From Paraspadella gotoi (lineage: Eukaryota; Animalia; Chaetognatha), in assembly GCA_051294375.1 (NCBI GenBank), contig CM119266.1, positions 4,168,931 through 4,232,930 on the forward strand: a DNA stretch of 64,000 nt. Reading direction: 5' to 3'. Positions 38,726-56,670 of the stretch are shown here, piece by piece. The translations under genes were made by a program, and so were the position numbers. Positions within the stretch are counted from its first letter, which is position 1, and the number at the start of each line of letters is the position of its first letter. The notes beneath the pieces are model-generated. The model ran no database searches. It had not been told where the DNA came from and saw only the letters and a list, made by a program, of their open reading frames with translations.

Positions 38726-39683
38726 TTTGAAGTTTCTGTGATCAAAACAAATTCTCCGTTGCTTTAGCAATACTACTAATGCAATCAACAATTATGTTAC
38801 TAAATTCTAACTTTCTTAGCATGTCTGTGCAATACACTTTTACTCGCAGTATGAGAACGAATTATTTTAAATCAATAGCCAAAAATACAAATTTTTTGCA
38901 TTGGTTTCGTTTTGAAACGTTGCATTATAATAACATCTACACTTCATTCTTTGTTTGTTTGTTTTTAATTCACGTCATCCTTACAAAAATCATTGTTTTA
39001 CACTTACTTCTACAACAGTTTAGCGCATAAAAATTATTCGCCTATTGTATTAACTGCACTCTTAAAAGTAGCTCATTACAATTTCATCGATTGCTGCGCC
39101 AGTATGAATCTAATATACGGTGTCAGACGAGTTGAAATTAATTAACTATTAATTTCTTAGTTTTTAAAAGTTATACAATATACTTACGGATGTAAGCACT
39201 AAGCAGGCTACTTAGTTTTCCAGATATTTAGTCTTTATTGCAAAACAATTACGCCTGGTCGCACGATTAACTACATCCTTCTTATTTATAGTTCACAAGT
39301 TAATATATGTAAATAATTTCGTACTGGATATGGTGTGCTTTATGCGCCGATCTGTTACAAACAAAGAACTACATAATGACTGAGATAATCGACTTTCTAT
39401 TATTCATAGTCTCGTAACTATTCAACTGCTCAAAACCGCGAGCCATTTTAACTCTAATTACAAAGCAATTATTATTATTACTATAAAACAATCTTCCAGT
39501 TGTTTTGTTGACATCCGTTTGAAAATATGCAATGTATCATTCTCTATGATGCCTTACGTATGTTCCTTTAAACACGATGTTATTATTTTGTTTTCATTTT
39601 TTTAGATGGAGAGTTTTAACTATTTCCATGAAAACGTTTAACTTATAGAAATGAGGCCCGTAACTTGAATTCGAAAGGACAAA

Positions 39684-43107
<3,424 letters not shown>

Positions 43108-45415
43108 GTTGCGGGACAGACCTTTGTCCAGAAGTGATCTCTATCTCTCTCATTTTAGGTCCTTGTGATATTTCGGATTTTCAACGGTCGTTAATTTATT
43201 GTTAGTAAAGATATGTTTACCGCGATTTTTATTGAACAAAGGAAAAACTGCTAGGTCGTTACGTAGGAATAATTTTTGTTGCAACCTTTTTTCCCCCCAC
43301 GAGAATTTCTAGTCCTTTATTACATAACGCAGACTGTAGTGCCATTTTGCATGTTCTATTTGTTTTTGTTTATGGTTTCCGTTAGTTGAATTTCCTAATC
43401 TACAGATGCTCACAAAAGATATCTTTTTAGGTAATCGTTCTCAATGAGAATCTAAAGTGCTACCCTCGTATGGCTATGCTTTTTTTTTTATTATAGTAGC
43501 CTGTTTCAAACTGGCTTTTGGATGATATCGTTATATTACCATTTTTTTACAACATATAGGTTTTATTTATTTATTGTAGTATACTTAAACTTTATATAAA
43601 TTGTATTATTTAATTTATATTTTATTTCATGAAATATGTAGATAAAAATATTTTATTTTTGTATTCATTGTGAAACTATATGATAATCTAAAGATTATTA
43701 TTGCTTACTGAATATGTGTTCTAAAGTTTTTTAGATTCATTTTTTATCTTTGCAAAAAAAAAAAATTTCTAGTTTAATTTCCTGATGCTGTAATTATTAG
43801 ATGACTAGATTTACTAACTTTCAGGGATTTTGTTTACAAAATAAGGAAAATTTTCATTTTACTCTTGCACCAATACACACTTCTTTTATAACGTGTATTA
43901 CGGAAAAATCTTTATCGAATGAAACTGTAATAAAAAACTTGTTTTATTTCCGGTCATGAAATATTAGAATTAGAATTTATAAATTCATAAATCGGAAAAA
44001 ATTTCGTTATAAGAAAGTTTATAAGATTTTTTGAAGGGTTATTTTGAATAATGAGGTTAAATTATTTAAATATAGTTCTAATTGGAGTGCCTGACTCTCG
44101 AATCCCGACGATTTCGATGTAAAGAATTCTCTTATCACTTGGCCTTTATTACAACTATCAACGTCAATATAATCAAAAATTATTTTTAAATGATATTCGG
44201 TTTCAAAGTTATCATAGATAAATACGCTAAATCGATCTAGTCACCGTAATTATTTTAACCATTTTGCTTGATAAAACGTTTCGAGGAACCGCGAGCAATG
44301 ATAGGGATCTACAACTTTAGTATTTAATAATAAATTATGAATTAGAGGAAATAGTTTTATACTGACGAAATTGAATCAATTGGTGCCGGTTTCATGAGGT
44401 AGCGATCTATATATTGAAAACTATCAAATGCCTAAATTATTTTATTCATTTAGATTTGTGAAATTTAATTCTACTCACCAATCCTGATACCTTTTGCACG
44501 CCGATATATTTTAATTTACTTTTAGAGAATTTAATGAATTGGTTATGCCTTTTTAACATATTACTGATCAACTGTTATCACTAAATAATTAACTTTTCTT
44601 CGTTGGGCGAATCAAAATTAATTAAGCACGTTTTTATCATCATGAGACTAAAATTTGTTTTGTAGATTCTTGAGAATCCTGAGGCGATAACACGTACAAT
44701 ACTGCTACTTTATTGACTTTTTTTTCAATGATTTTAGATATTGTAGTTAGTCAAAAAAACTTTTTTCTATTTAGAAGTTTTTTAAGTCCTTAATTGCACC
44801 TTTTTTAACCTTTTTTTGATCCTCTTCCTAGTCTTATTGCCGCGATTGCACATTATCTCCGAGAATTCTCTCCGCTTTTAGCAATTCTTTTTCATTTTTA
44901 ACATTGTTATAAAATTTGTTTAAAAATTTTAGCAGCTTTTCTGGAGGAAAACTAGTTGATATGATAGTTTAATTTTATAAGGATTAATCTGTATTTAGTG
45001 AAGAAATGTAACACCGGAAGATGGGACGACATAAGTAAATTTTTGTGAAGCTTTACTCTGGCACTAAATATTCACATATTTTTTTAGCTATAAAATACAA
45101 TTGATTGTGTACATGTACACATTAATGTACTGTTAAACTTAATTTGTCTCATTTTTTTATACTTTGGTTTTTTTGTAGGACTCCTCGAGACCTCAAGCGG
45201 AATTTTGTCGACTTTTCTTAAACAAAGACGCAATCAGGGACCGGGACGTTGCTTTCTTCTGTTTACATTTAGCTCGACCAGATGGTCTCAATCCAAGTAT
45301 TAAAAAAAAAAAGAGTTTTCCTGCAGAAATAAAAACGCGTTCATGTTTTCTTAATGTCTGGGATTGAATTATGGGACATTGGATTCCGATAACTGATAAC
45401 TCGATCTCCTCGACA

Positions 45416-46488
45416 ATGGATCACGAACTCTCCCAGGAACAGATCGATCAATACAAGGAGGCCTTTTCTCTTTTCGACGAAGACGCCGATGGACTCATCA
45501 CCGGCGCCGAGTTGGGTGATGTCATTCGAGCCGTCGGTCAAACCGTGACTGAGGCTGAGATCGATGAAATGATTCTGGGTAAGTTGGGCCTTAAGGGCGA
45601 GTTAAAAGTGAGTTGAGATTTATTGACAATTTTTAGGTTTTGGTGATTGGGCAGTTACTTTGACGACTGTGAAATTGGTACAATCAATGAAAAGAGTATT
45701 AATTCACTCGATAAATAAATGCCTCCTGAGTTTGGACAATGAACATGTTAAGGCAGATTAATGCCTCTATCATCTATCTTTTTTACAATTAAAGCAAGAA
45801 TATGTCTGCTTTTAACCAAGACTCTCTCATACACTAGTTAATTAATTAATTAGTTTATTAATTTTATTGTGGAAAAAAGGATATTTTAATAATGATCATT
45901 TTTTCTCAATTTCTTTCAAAGACGTGGAGGCGCAAACCGGTCAGCAGATGGTGGACTTCGCGTCTTTCTTGACGATGATCGCGAGTCGGACGGACGCACG
46001 CGACACCAAAGCGGAAAACCAAGAGATAATTGAAGCCTTTAAGATATACGATCGACAAAAGAAGGGATATGTTACGGCGCGAGAAATGAGGTTTGATCCT
46101 ATAAGCTGTATTTATCACTTATAATTTGTTTAAAAAACGATATATAAACTAAATTGCTACAATATGTAAATGAGATTAAAGAACTCTATATCATTTGAGT
46201 TATTCTGCTCCATATCTCGTATACAAATACTAATCCAGATATCGTAAAATTCATCAAATGCGAGGAATATACCAAATTACCATACATAAATCCTTTCTAA
46301 TTCTAAATCAAACAAAATTATACAATTTGTTTTGCATTAACTTTTGAATTTTGTTAAGGCATTTGTTGACGACGGTTGGTGAAGCCCTAACCGATGACGA
46401 AGTCGACGAAATGTTTCAAGACGCGGGCGTCAAAAGTGAACAATTTAAAATTAACTACATCAAATTCGTCGAGATCATGACTAAATGA
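45416..46488 (+). CDS. Divergent calmodulin-like / myosin light chain-like EF-hand protein (153 aa), 3 exons
   Basis: Exons 45416-45578, 45922-46090, 46359-46488. [49 protein letters not shown]…[11 protein letters not shown]…[45 protein letters not shown]…[12 protein letters not shown]. An alternative in-frame ATG lies at 45371. Confidence 0.9.
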
Positions 46489-47233
46489 CTTTTTGTTCGG
46501 ATGGATTTTGTATGTTTGTTCTTTTTTCAGTTGTTCATACCATCCCTCTATTTATCCAATTCAATTTGTTTGAAATAGCTTTTCGTGATGGCTTGTATTG
46601 TATTTAGATATTAATCTATAATTTATTGCAAAACTAGATTTGAGCAACAAAATTCGAACGGCAAGGCGGTATATCCTAAATATTTAATAATCTTAATAAT
46701 ATACTCAAATATATACATTTGTATTTTGATATATCACAATTTTCATTTCTCCTAGTCATACATTTGTTTAAATAAACTTTTAAAACTAGTGATTCTTTCT
46801 CCTACACACTTATTTTTAACCAGTCTTTACCGGTTAGTTATTTGTTTTTTTGTTTGCTACCAGTTTTTTTTCGACTGCGCGCATCGACTGTTGCCTCAAC
46901 TCGAACTGCAAGATTTACGTTATCGGATTCGAGATAATAACTCGCCTTTACTAAAGGCTTTTCTTTAGGTTTTAAGTCTCGAAACTCGGAAGAAAACTTT
47001 TCTCTACATAGCAGTTTTTGTTTCGTATTTATCGAAAAAATTTTAATCTGAAACCAAAAATAGGTCATCGTTAATGTCAATCAACTACTACTCGAACAAT
47101 TCGCCCTTGTTTTGATTCTGATAACCAGCTAATATTTTCCAAATGTTAAAAATACTGAATTCCCCGTCTTTTCGAAATATTGTTTTGCGGAGTTATTTCT
47201 TTTTCTAACGTAGTTTTTGTTCTCACAGTTGAA

Positions 47234-47875
47234 ATGACTCAGGGTTTTCTTAAGTTGCTCGTCCTGATATTTATAACGATATTGAGCATGGCGGAAAAAC
47301 CACAAGGACAAGAGCCTGGTAAGTTATTTCTGTTTTTGATAATTAGGGGAATATGTCGTATGGGTTAAAGAATACTAATTCAATTTCATTAAACTTAGTC
47401 GGCGAAGAAGGCTTCCAAAGAGGTCTCACTTCTGAAGAAATTATGAACATGAATTTTGACACAACTGCCGATGATGCGGTTAGAGGGATGACTATAGGTT
47501 AGTAGATATTATATAGTATGTTATACACTGTATAGTATACACTATACGTTATAATTTGGCATTAATTTCAGCCATGTTGGCTTCTTCAAAATTTTGCTGT
47601 AAAAAAATTAACTTTAATTTTAAAATTAACTTAAGTAAACCAAACTTTCTTTCACAATAAACTTTACAATAAACTTTTTAACGAACTCAGATCCATTTTA
47701 AACAGACGAGATCATTGAGAGAGCGAACCAAGGAAGATCAGGTGACCAAGGCGATGGAACTTACCTCGTTGGTGACATAGCAATGACTAAAGAAGATTAC
47801 GATAAACACATGGCCGAATGGGAGAAGCAAAAGGCCGAATTAATTGCAAAGGGGGAAATGCAGCCTGATAAATAA
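47234..47875 (+). CDS. Small secreted protein (117 aa) resembling an isolated astacin/BMP1 pro-peptide, 3 exons
   Basis: Exons 47234-47318, 47399-47497, 47706-47875 (two phase-1 introns): MTQGFLKLLVLIFITILSMAEKPQGQEPVGEEGFQRGLTSEEIMNMNFDTTADDAVRGMTIDEIIERANQGRSGDQGDGTYLVGDIAMTKEDYDKHMAEWEKQKAELIAKGEMQPDK*. Signal-peptide-like N-terminus and AATAAA at ~47896. Confidence 0.75.
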
Positions 47876-48456
47876 TTTTCTGCTAATATTTTGTAATAAA
47901 TAAAACTGTGTCTGTGATCACAAACTAACTTTTATAATTATTAGTTCCTGACGCTTGGTTGTATGGGTTGCCATATCTGGTTTTTTTTATTCTTTTTATT
48001 GTCGTATTAGTATGACAATCAATCATATAATAGTTAATCATACACTTCTACATACTGTTATCCAGAACACTTTCACAAAAAGAAAGACTTACATTAGATT
48101 TTATACGGTCTTCATCTTAAAAAAGAATTAAAAGGCGAAGAAAACTTTTATATAATTATACTTTGTTATAACTTTTGAAACCTTTATTTTCAGTATATTA
48201 AAATAGGAAGATAACAAAAATAGTTAACGTAGCTGTTTTTACACGAGTAAGATTTGATGTGATATCGTGAAATACCTCTATGAATTAACTCAAAAACATT
48301 CAATCCAGCGATGTCAGACGCGTTGTATATCACTCTCATGATAAAACTTTCATGAACTCGTTTTCTGCCTAAAAATTGGTTGAACTGTCGATGACTATTT
48401 ACGATCATTGGATTTCGACAAACGAACGAGATTCGCATTACACCCGAGGTCATCCT

Positions 48457-48579
<123 letters not shown>

Positions 48580-49437
48580 CCCCTCTCCCGACCGACTCGT
48601 TACGGTCCCATGATTTTCGGTGACAGATGGTTTGTATTTTCTTTGTCTCTTTCTCTGTCTCTCTCGCACTCCATTTCCTCGTATACCGTAATCTACAACT
48701 CCCGACAGTGTGAGGCTTGACTCTCAGGCCGACTAATTCAATCGAGGATCCTCCAATTTACGGAGCTTATTGTGTTTGATACCCATTGGCTTTGTAGTAA
48801 GATTTATTCGTGATTATAAAGTGTTTGACGGATACGAAAGAAGACTTATAAACTTGATATCCCGTGCAAGATAAAAAACTTGTATTAAAGTTTTGTAATT
48901 CGTACAACCGATTTTAAATTATTTTTGTTCATTCAAAAACTGAAAGCTGTCCTGCCTAAGACTTTGGACGGGCTCCGGTGGCTTTTTTCTCTTTCTAGTT
49001 TTTCTTATTCGTAAAGCTAACACTTTTTAGTTCTATCTCTTTTATCATATGTAACCTTTTCTCCCTAAATATTCGTCGTCAGAACTCTCCAAAATTTTAA
49101 ATCAACATTCGTGCTATCGCGTCATGCAAAGTCTTGCATAATGCACACAGTCCAATGTTCCTTCGTAAGAAGCGACAATGTTTTATCACTTCTTTGTTCC
49201 GCTTTCGATCCTTGCGGTTCGATCCGCGGTCGCGACCCCATCATTCGCCTTCCCCATCATTTTCCCCCCATTGATTCTCCCCCGACCTTGAAGGCGGCTT
49301 TCCGCCCGCCCGTCCGCCCGCCCGTCCGCTCGCCCGCCGAACGCGCGCGAACACAAAGAACAACAACTCGCGAATTTTTCTCGGCCTCGCGCGACCGCGG
49401 GTCGTAGGAGTCGTATCCCATGGGCAGATGGCGAAGG

Positions 49438-49474
<37 letters not shown>

Positions 49475-49799
49475 AAATGGCGTCGTTAAATCGATCCCGT
49501 CGTAGTGGCCATGTGTTGATTCTTCCTCCAAATCCATCGCGGTCGCTCGGAGAAGGAAATGGAAGGACTGAGCTCAGGGTGAAGGAAAGGGGGTCATATT
49601 GAACGTGGTTTTTTTTTCTTCTATTTCTAGCTTAAGAGTTATTTTTATTTAAATATATAAACCTTTGTCAAAACTATTTTGTCCCTTGTCCCATGCGTAA
49701 TTTAAATTTCTAATTTCTTTAACATGTTAAAATATTCCGAATTTTAATGGTTGAGGCTTAACGCGGGCGGAAATGATAAGATCTGATTGATGCGGAGTG

Positions 49800-49837
<38 letters not shown>

Positions 49838-52800
49838 GATGGTGGTCGCGGAATATGACGGAATCGCTGCGATCAATGACTCCGTCAAAAAGATAAGCAG
49901 TTTGAGTTACGGATCCATCGCGTCGCGTTTTCTCGAAACTTCCGTGATTTCACGTGTGACGTCACTCGGCGCGCGTCTACTTCGTCATCGGCGGTCGTCA
50001 ATGAGGGTGAATCATCCTCTCGCCCCGTGGGGTGAAAAAAAAAATTTAAATGCGCTTTGGTGATTTGAAGGAGAAAGAGAGAGAGAGAGAGAGAGAAGTC
50101 GAGGTATGGGCTTGAATCAATCAGTGCTTGGCTTGAAGAAATTATTTAGAGGACTTGGAAAATCTTTGTTTGAAATTTAGGTGCAGGACACCAACATTAA
50201 TCATACTTAATTAGAAAATCGTAGAAAACCTGAAAAATAGTGCCATTACTTAATATTTATTGGTAACTGAACACTTCATATGTACATATTTTTTTTAGGT
50301 TTTCAACTTCAATTAACATTTTTCTCTGTTAGTGTTAATTATTCTTGCTGTATGAGTTTATCACTCATAATATTTTTTTATTACTCATGAGTATCTTACA
50401 TCTTTTATCTACTAGCTAGTATCTTTAAAGATTCTAATTCTTGTTATAAATATTAAGGTCTTAAAAGTCATTTTCCTTTTACCTCCCTCCACATGTGGTC
50501 CACAGAAACGGTTCCTCCTTTCCTTGCATGCCAGAAATAAAAACCGCGCTAAACAGCATCAGCTGTTGCATGATTGCGGGAAAGGCATTGCGGGTAAGGC
50601 ATTCTTGGGAAAGAGTTCAACGACAGAGAGAGAGAGAGAGTTTCGAGAAGCCGGATTTTAAAAGACACGGAATCTTACGCACGAAACCCAGGAAAAAAAA
50701 TTCAAGTCCGGAAATTGAGCTTCGGGGAAAAAAATTTTATTTGGCGCACGCGAATTGTCGTTGCTGTCTTCGTCATCGGTGTCTAACGATGGCATCTAAA
50801 ACTTAGTGGTGTTTGAGTTGGTCATTGGGCAACAAGCGTCATTGGCTCCCGAAATGGGTAAAAAATAAAAAATAATTATTTTTTATTTTAGTTGGATAAA
50901 AATAAACGACAAAAATTATTGTAAATAAAAAAAAAGCTAAAAATGCTCATTCAGGGCTCGGTAGTCAAGCGATTTCGAGGTTTGCGACGGTTTTTCACCT
51001 TACCATCAGATTCCCCACCCTAATATTGGTATTGTTAGCCTGTCTTTATATTAAACGCCAACTTTATGTTTTTTGAAATTGATCTTTGGTTAAGAGCCGT
51101 CATTGGGCATGATCAATTAAGCAAGATGTGGCGCGCAATCGATCGGAAAATTTCATGTAGTTTTTTTACATTTTTGTCACTACTGTGTGCATTGCACAAT
51201 GCACATTGCACACTGTGCAACCATTTCCCTCGATCGATTTGTTTTTTGTTTCTTCATTTATTCTTTTATTTATTACATTACAAATTTGAATGTTTCACTG
51301 TTAGGTTTTATTTTTTTTCTCTCGGGACTTCAAATCCTTTTGCGAAAACATGCATCTTATCTTCTAAAATATTAAAATGCGCTAATTTTTTTTTCTTTTA
51401 CGATTTCTAATTTGTCATCTCCCAACACGAGTCCGTCCCGATCATGACAAGACGATAAACCTTCGCCAAAGCCTTTTTTCGTTTCTTCAATCCATCTCCT
51501 TTTCCCCTCTCAGCGTTCCCGTTTGAATTTTGTTCTTATGAACCCCATAACTATTTTTCTGTTCCCCCGTCCCCGTCCCCTTCCCCCTTTCCTTCCCCTT
51601 TCCTTCCCCATTTCCATCCCCTTCCCCTTAAGACGGGGTTGAGGTAGGAAATGCAATCCCCCTCTTCGAGCCACGCGACGCAAAAACAAAGAAAAAAAAG
51701 GATCAAGAGGATGGGCGCCTTGCGCGGATTCTCATTCGTCACAGCGAAACCTGCCACGAATGTAACGAGATTTCCCATAAAAAGATGTTACGGATTGAGG
51801 CGCTTGGTTTGGGGATTAAAGGTCCGTTAAAATGGGAGGTGGGGGGATGGATGGAGAAGGGGGTTTCGAGGTGCGGGGGGGGGGGCTAAGTCTCTAGCAA
51901 CGAAGGCGCGTGCGGGGTTTGGAGGAGGAAGGGGAGGCGGGATTCCTTAGGGGGACCGTCCCACGAAGCCTCTGATGGGGTTTGCTTTGCAGAAGGCCAT
52001 TTCTTCGAGGCTCATGGATGCTTTTGACAGGCGAACCGACGACGACGACGACACGACGAAAACAGCATCAGACAAAAAAGTTTGCAGGATGCGACGCGCG
52101 CGTGGGGTAAGTTCGACGGCGGAAGTGGAAAACCGGAACTTACCCTTGATAAAAGAATGACTCGTTTGACGAGGCTTTTCTTCTTTTTTCTTTTGCAATT
52201 TGGTTGAATAGATTTTTTTTTTTAGATCAACTGTGTGCCCTTTCGAATGACCAATAATTGCGGTCAGAACAAAGAAATTCGTCCGTAATCTCCCTTTGCT
52301 TCGTTACGCCTTTGACCGTCGTCGCTCAACTGTCTCTTTGTTGCGATACGCCCCACCTCGGTTAAAGAAGGAAGGTCATTAAAAAATTAATTTAATGATT
52401 AATAATTATTAATAATTATACATATACAGTATGACCCGATTCGCCAAGGTCCACCGGATGGAGTGAATGAAAGATTTAATTGAATGAGTAAAACTAATTC
52501 GATAGGAAAAATTGGGACAAATCCAAAAAATGATGATGATGAAATTGAGAGATATTTGTCTTTGCTATTGTGATTGTCCCTCGTGAATTATGGCATTGTG
52601 TGGCTATAATGGATGGAATAATGGGTCAGGTAAAACAAGTAAACTCGTAACTTTTATGTGTGGGTCATAATGAAGAGAAAAATAATATGTCAGGGATGAT
52701 TAATATAATAATACATGTAATCTTAAAACTGCATACGTCTGTTGTCCATAGTCAGAGCTTCTCAAAATTAAAAAAAGAAAGAAAAAAAAGTTCGACTTCT

Positions 52801-53424
52801 TTGATGGCCCACTTTGAAAGGGGTCACGCCACGCCCTGTTCCAACTGTCGCAAGAGAGGGAAGGCGAAAAGAATGAGGGTCAGACGTCCGCACATTTGAT
52901 TCCCTTTTTTTTCTTCTTTTTTTAATCAAAAGAAAATAATAAAAATCAGGGAAAAAATTACGGAGACCGAAAATCAACGCTCGCGAAATTTATATTTGTT
53001 GTATCAAAGCCACATAGTTGCAACTCATCAAGAATATTAACCAATATCTTTTTGCGTAAAACCTGAAAAAGTCGAATCCGATCGGACGTCGTAAATTTCT
53101 GGAATGATCGGTGGGCGGAACCCGAGACTCATCATTTGGGGCGACGCGTCCTTCTCTCTGATTTACGCTTTTCTTTCTTCGTCTTCTTTCTTTGACATCG
53201 GGTTTTCTTTAAGAACCACACTTGCGAAAAAAGTATATTATGAGATTATTTCTTATCATTATATTGAATATCATAGTACTATTATTATAGTATATACTAA
53301 GTATTTATTGAGATTATTGCGTTATCATTATATTGAATTATCAATAGCTAGCTATCTCACTAAATCCTTGTGAGACGCAACAATGATACCTCAGCTCTAT
53401 TATCGTTTCTAACAATAAACATTT

Positions 53425-53496
<72 letters not shown>

Positions 53497-53628
53497 ACAC
53501 ATACACAAAGACAAAAGGAAGACGCGTCATTTTCTTCCACGCGACGTAATAAAAAAAATAAATTGGGTCCTTCTTTGTCCCGCAAAGATGAGAGCGACGC
53601 CTTCGTAAACCCTAAACACCGTTTAGTG

Positions 53629-53669
<41 letters not shown>

Positions 53670-53679
53670 CTCTCTCTCT

Positions 53680-53714
<35 letters not shown>

Positions 53715-54859
53715 TTTCGCTGCCATCTTTGATTTCGCGTCAATTTCCATCATCGTCTCCTCCACGCCCTCTTCCTCCCCCTCTCCCTCTTTTCCTCCCT
53801 CTCTTCCTCCTCCCTTCTCTTCTTTCCTCTCAATATTCCTCAAATCCAATCCATAACACGTGCCGAGGAGTCGCGAGTCTCCACCATCTGTTCAAGAGTT
53901 TCAGACTTTTTTTCTTTTCTTTTTTCTTTCCTCTTTTGCCTCTTTTGTTTTCAGGAGCAAAGTTCGACCGATGGGATGCCAGATACATTTGGAGATAAAC
54001 AATTATTTATCGATTGTGTTCGAATGATTTATAAATTACAATGAAATCGGTACAACTGAGATTATCAATAAATAAGATATGCCTATTGGCTTTGTTGTTT
54101 TTACTGTTTTTATTTGTCCATCGCAACCCCTCCTACAAAATAAACTCATGACAAGACCTGCAATCTTTTAATAAAAACATAGTCTAATTTTATAACTTCG
54201 AGAATGTTAAATTAATTTAATTTATAAACCAATAGGCAAAAATCAATATTTTCTTTATAAACTTAACAAAAATTACCTAGAAGATTCTTCTCTTTCAACC
54301 ACGCTTGAGATTTTTCACTCGTCGAACTCGCGCGCCCCTCTGGCGATAAAATGAAGCGTCGTTCCTCACGTTGGCCGTAGGGCGACGCCCCGCGGGCTGA
54401 GGGTGAAATTTAGGGGAAAGGGCTGAGGGGCCGATTATTAATCACGCCCCTTTATTTTTTCAATGTGATAATTTTTTTTTCTACAGTGCTGTAGTTGTGG
54501 ATCAAACTTGTGAACGTATAGAACCTGGTGAAAATTTTCAAAAAAGTAATATCCAGGTTTATTAATATTTAAGACCTTGATTTTACCCAGAAAGAAATAA
54601 AGAATTATAGAAAGAAAAAAGACAGACAGAAAGATATTAAGGTATTGATCGTATTGATACGATTGTGCGATTAGTCAATCAATCACAATCAATCGATCAA
54701 TCAATCTGTCGTTGAGTAGCTGACTTAAACAAAGACAAGTTTGACTGGAGACAAAATCGAAAACAAGAGATAAAACAAAGAGGATGAGAGAAGAGAGGAA
54801 ATGAGAAAGAAATAGGAGAGGAAAAACGAAAGTGAGAAGGATAAAGAGAAAATAAAGGA

Positions 54860-56670
54860 GAAAAAACGGAAGAGAGGAAAGGGAGGAAAGGGAAAGAAAG
54901 CGATAGAGAAGAAAGTAATAGAAGACAGGAAAAGAGAGGAATGGAAGAGAGGAAAGGGAGATAGGAAAGAGGGAAAGAAAGCGATAGAGAAGAGAGTAAT
55001 AGGAGACAGGAAAGAGAGAAACGGGGAAGAGAGGAAAGGGAGATAGGAAAGGAGGAAAGAAAGCCGATAGAGAAGAAAGTAATAGAAGACAGGAAAGAGA
55101 GGAATGAAGAGAGGAAAGGGAGATAGAAAGGGAGAAAGAAGCGATAGAGAAGAGAGTAATAGAAGACAGGAAAGAGAGGAATGGAAGAGAGGAAAGGGAG
55201 ATAGGAAAGGCAGGAAGAAAGCGATAGAGAAGAAAGTAATAGAAGACAGGAAAGAGAGGAATGAGAAAGAGGAAAGGGAGATAGGAAAGAGGAAAGAAAC
55301 GATAGAGAAGAGAGTAATAGAAGACAGGAAAGAGAGAAGGAAGAGAGAAAGGAGATAGGAAAGGGAGGAAAGAAGCGATAGAGAAGAAAGTAATAGAAGA
55401 CAGGAAAGGAGGAATAGAAGAGAGGAAAGGGAGATAGGAAAGGGAGAAAGAAACGATAGATGAGAGAGTAATAGAAGACAGGAAAGAGAGAACGAGAAGA
55501 GAGGAAAGGGAGATAGGAAAGGGAGGAAAGAAAAGCGATAGAGAGAAAAGAATAGAAGACAGGAAAGAGAGGAATGAAGAGAGGAAGGGAGATAGGAAGG
55601 GAGTGGAAAAGAAAAGGATAGAGAAGGAGAGTAATAGAAGATAGGAAAAGAGGAATGTGAAGAGAGGAAAGGGAAGATAGGAAAGGGGAGGAAAGAAAGC
55701 GATACGAGAAGAAAGTAATAGAAGACAGGAAAGAGAGGAATGGTAAAAAGAGAAGGAAAGGGAAGATAGGGCAAAGCTATCCATCTTGAGGCTCGGGGCG
55801 GAACCACCGGGGAAAGAAGCGGCCGTGTGCAGTGATAGCTCGTGCATGGCGTTGATATGGCGTACAGGTGTTGTAGTATCCGGGTTTTAAGGGGCGACGG
55901 AATCATCCACGGTGGGGCAGAGCTTCGCAGATGCGTGAGAGATACTATCTTATGAGCGGAGGCTCGTTGCAACTTATTAGCGAATTATGGACATGAGTGC
56001 TGATACGATGGCTGCAGGTCATGTCATACATTGAAATATGGAGAGAGGGAGAATAGACGTATCGTAGGCGGTTAAAATCGTGGCGATAGAAGACTGGCCC
56101 CTGCCGAGTAGTGGGTAGGAATGCAAGATGGTCAGCGTCAGATGCAGTGTAGATGCGGCGAATGTGCGACTCAGCTCTGAGCCATGCTTCTGTCAATGAG
56201 CCGCGTGATGTAGGAGCGGCGGGGGAGAGCAGCATGTGATTCCGAGTCGTCCATCGGCGCTCGCAGGAAAGCTAAATGTCGCCCTTCGCGCCTCTGGTGC
56301 TAACTATTCGATTATGCAGGGGCAGGGAAAGAAAGCGATAGAGAAAGAGAGTAATAGAAGACAGGAAAGAGAGGAATGGAAGAGAAGAAAGGGAGATAGG
56401 AAAGGGAGGAAAGAAAGGCGATAGAGAAGAAAGTAATAGAAGACAGGAAAGAGAGGAATGGAAGAGAGGAAAGGGAGATAGAAGGGAGGAAAGAAAGCCC
56501 GATAGAGAAGAAGAATGAAGACAGGAAGAGAGGATGGAAGAGGAGGAAAGGGAGATAGGAAGGAAGGAAAGAAAGCGATAGAGAGAGAAGTAATAGAAGA
56601 CCAAGGAAAGGAGAGAATGGAAGAGAGGAAAGGGACGATAGGAAAGGGCAGAAAGGAGAAAAAGGAAGAG
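54860..56670. repeat. Purine-rich ~80-bp tandem satellite, interrupted by a unique ~550-bp segment (55775-56322)
   Basis: Unit aaagcgatagagaagaaagtaatagaagacaggaaagagaggaatggaagagaggaaagggagataggaaaggg… recurs at ~80-bp spacing on both sides of the insert. Confidence 0.9.
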
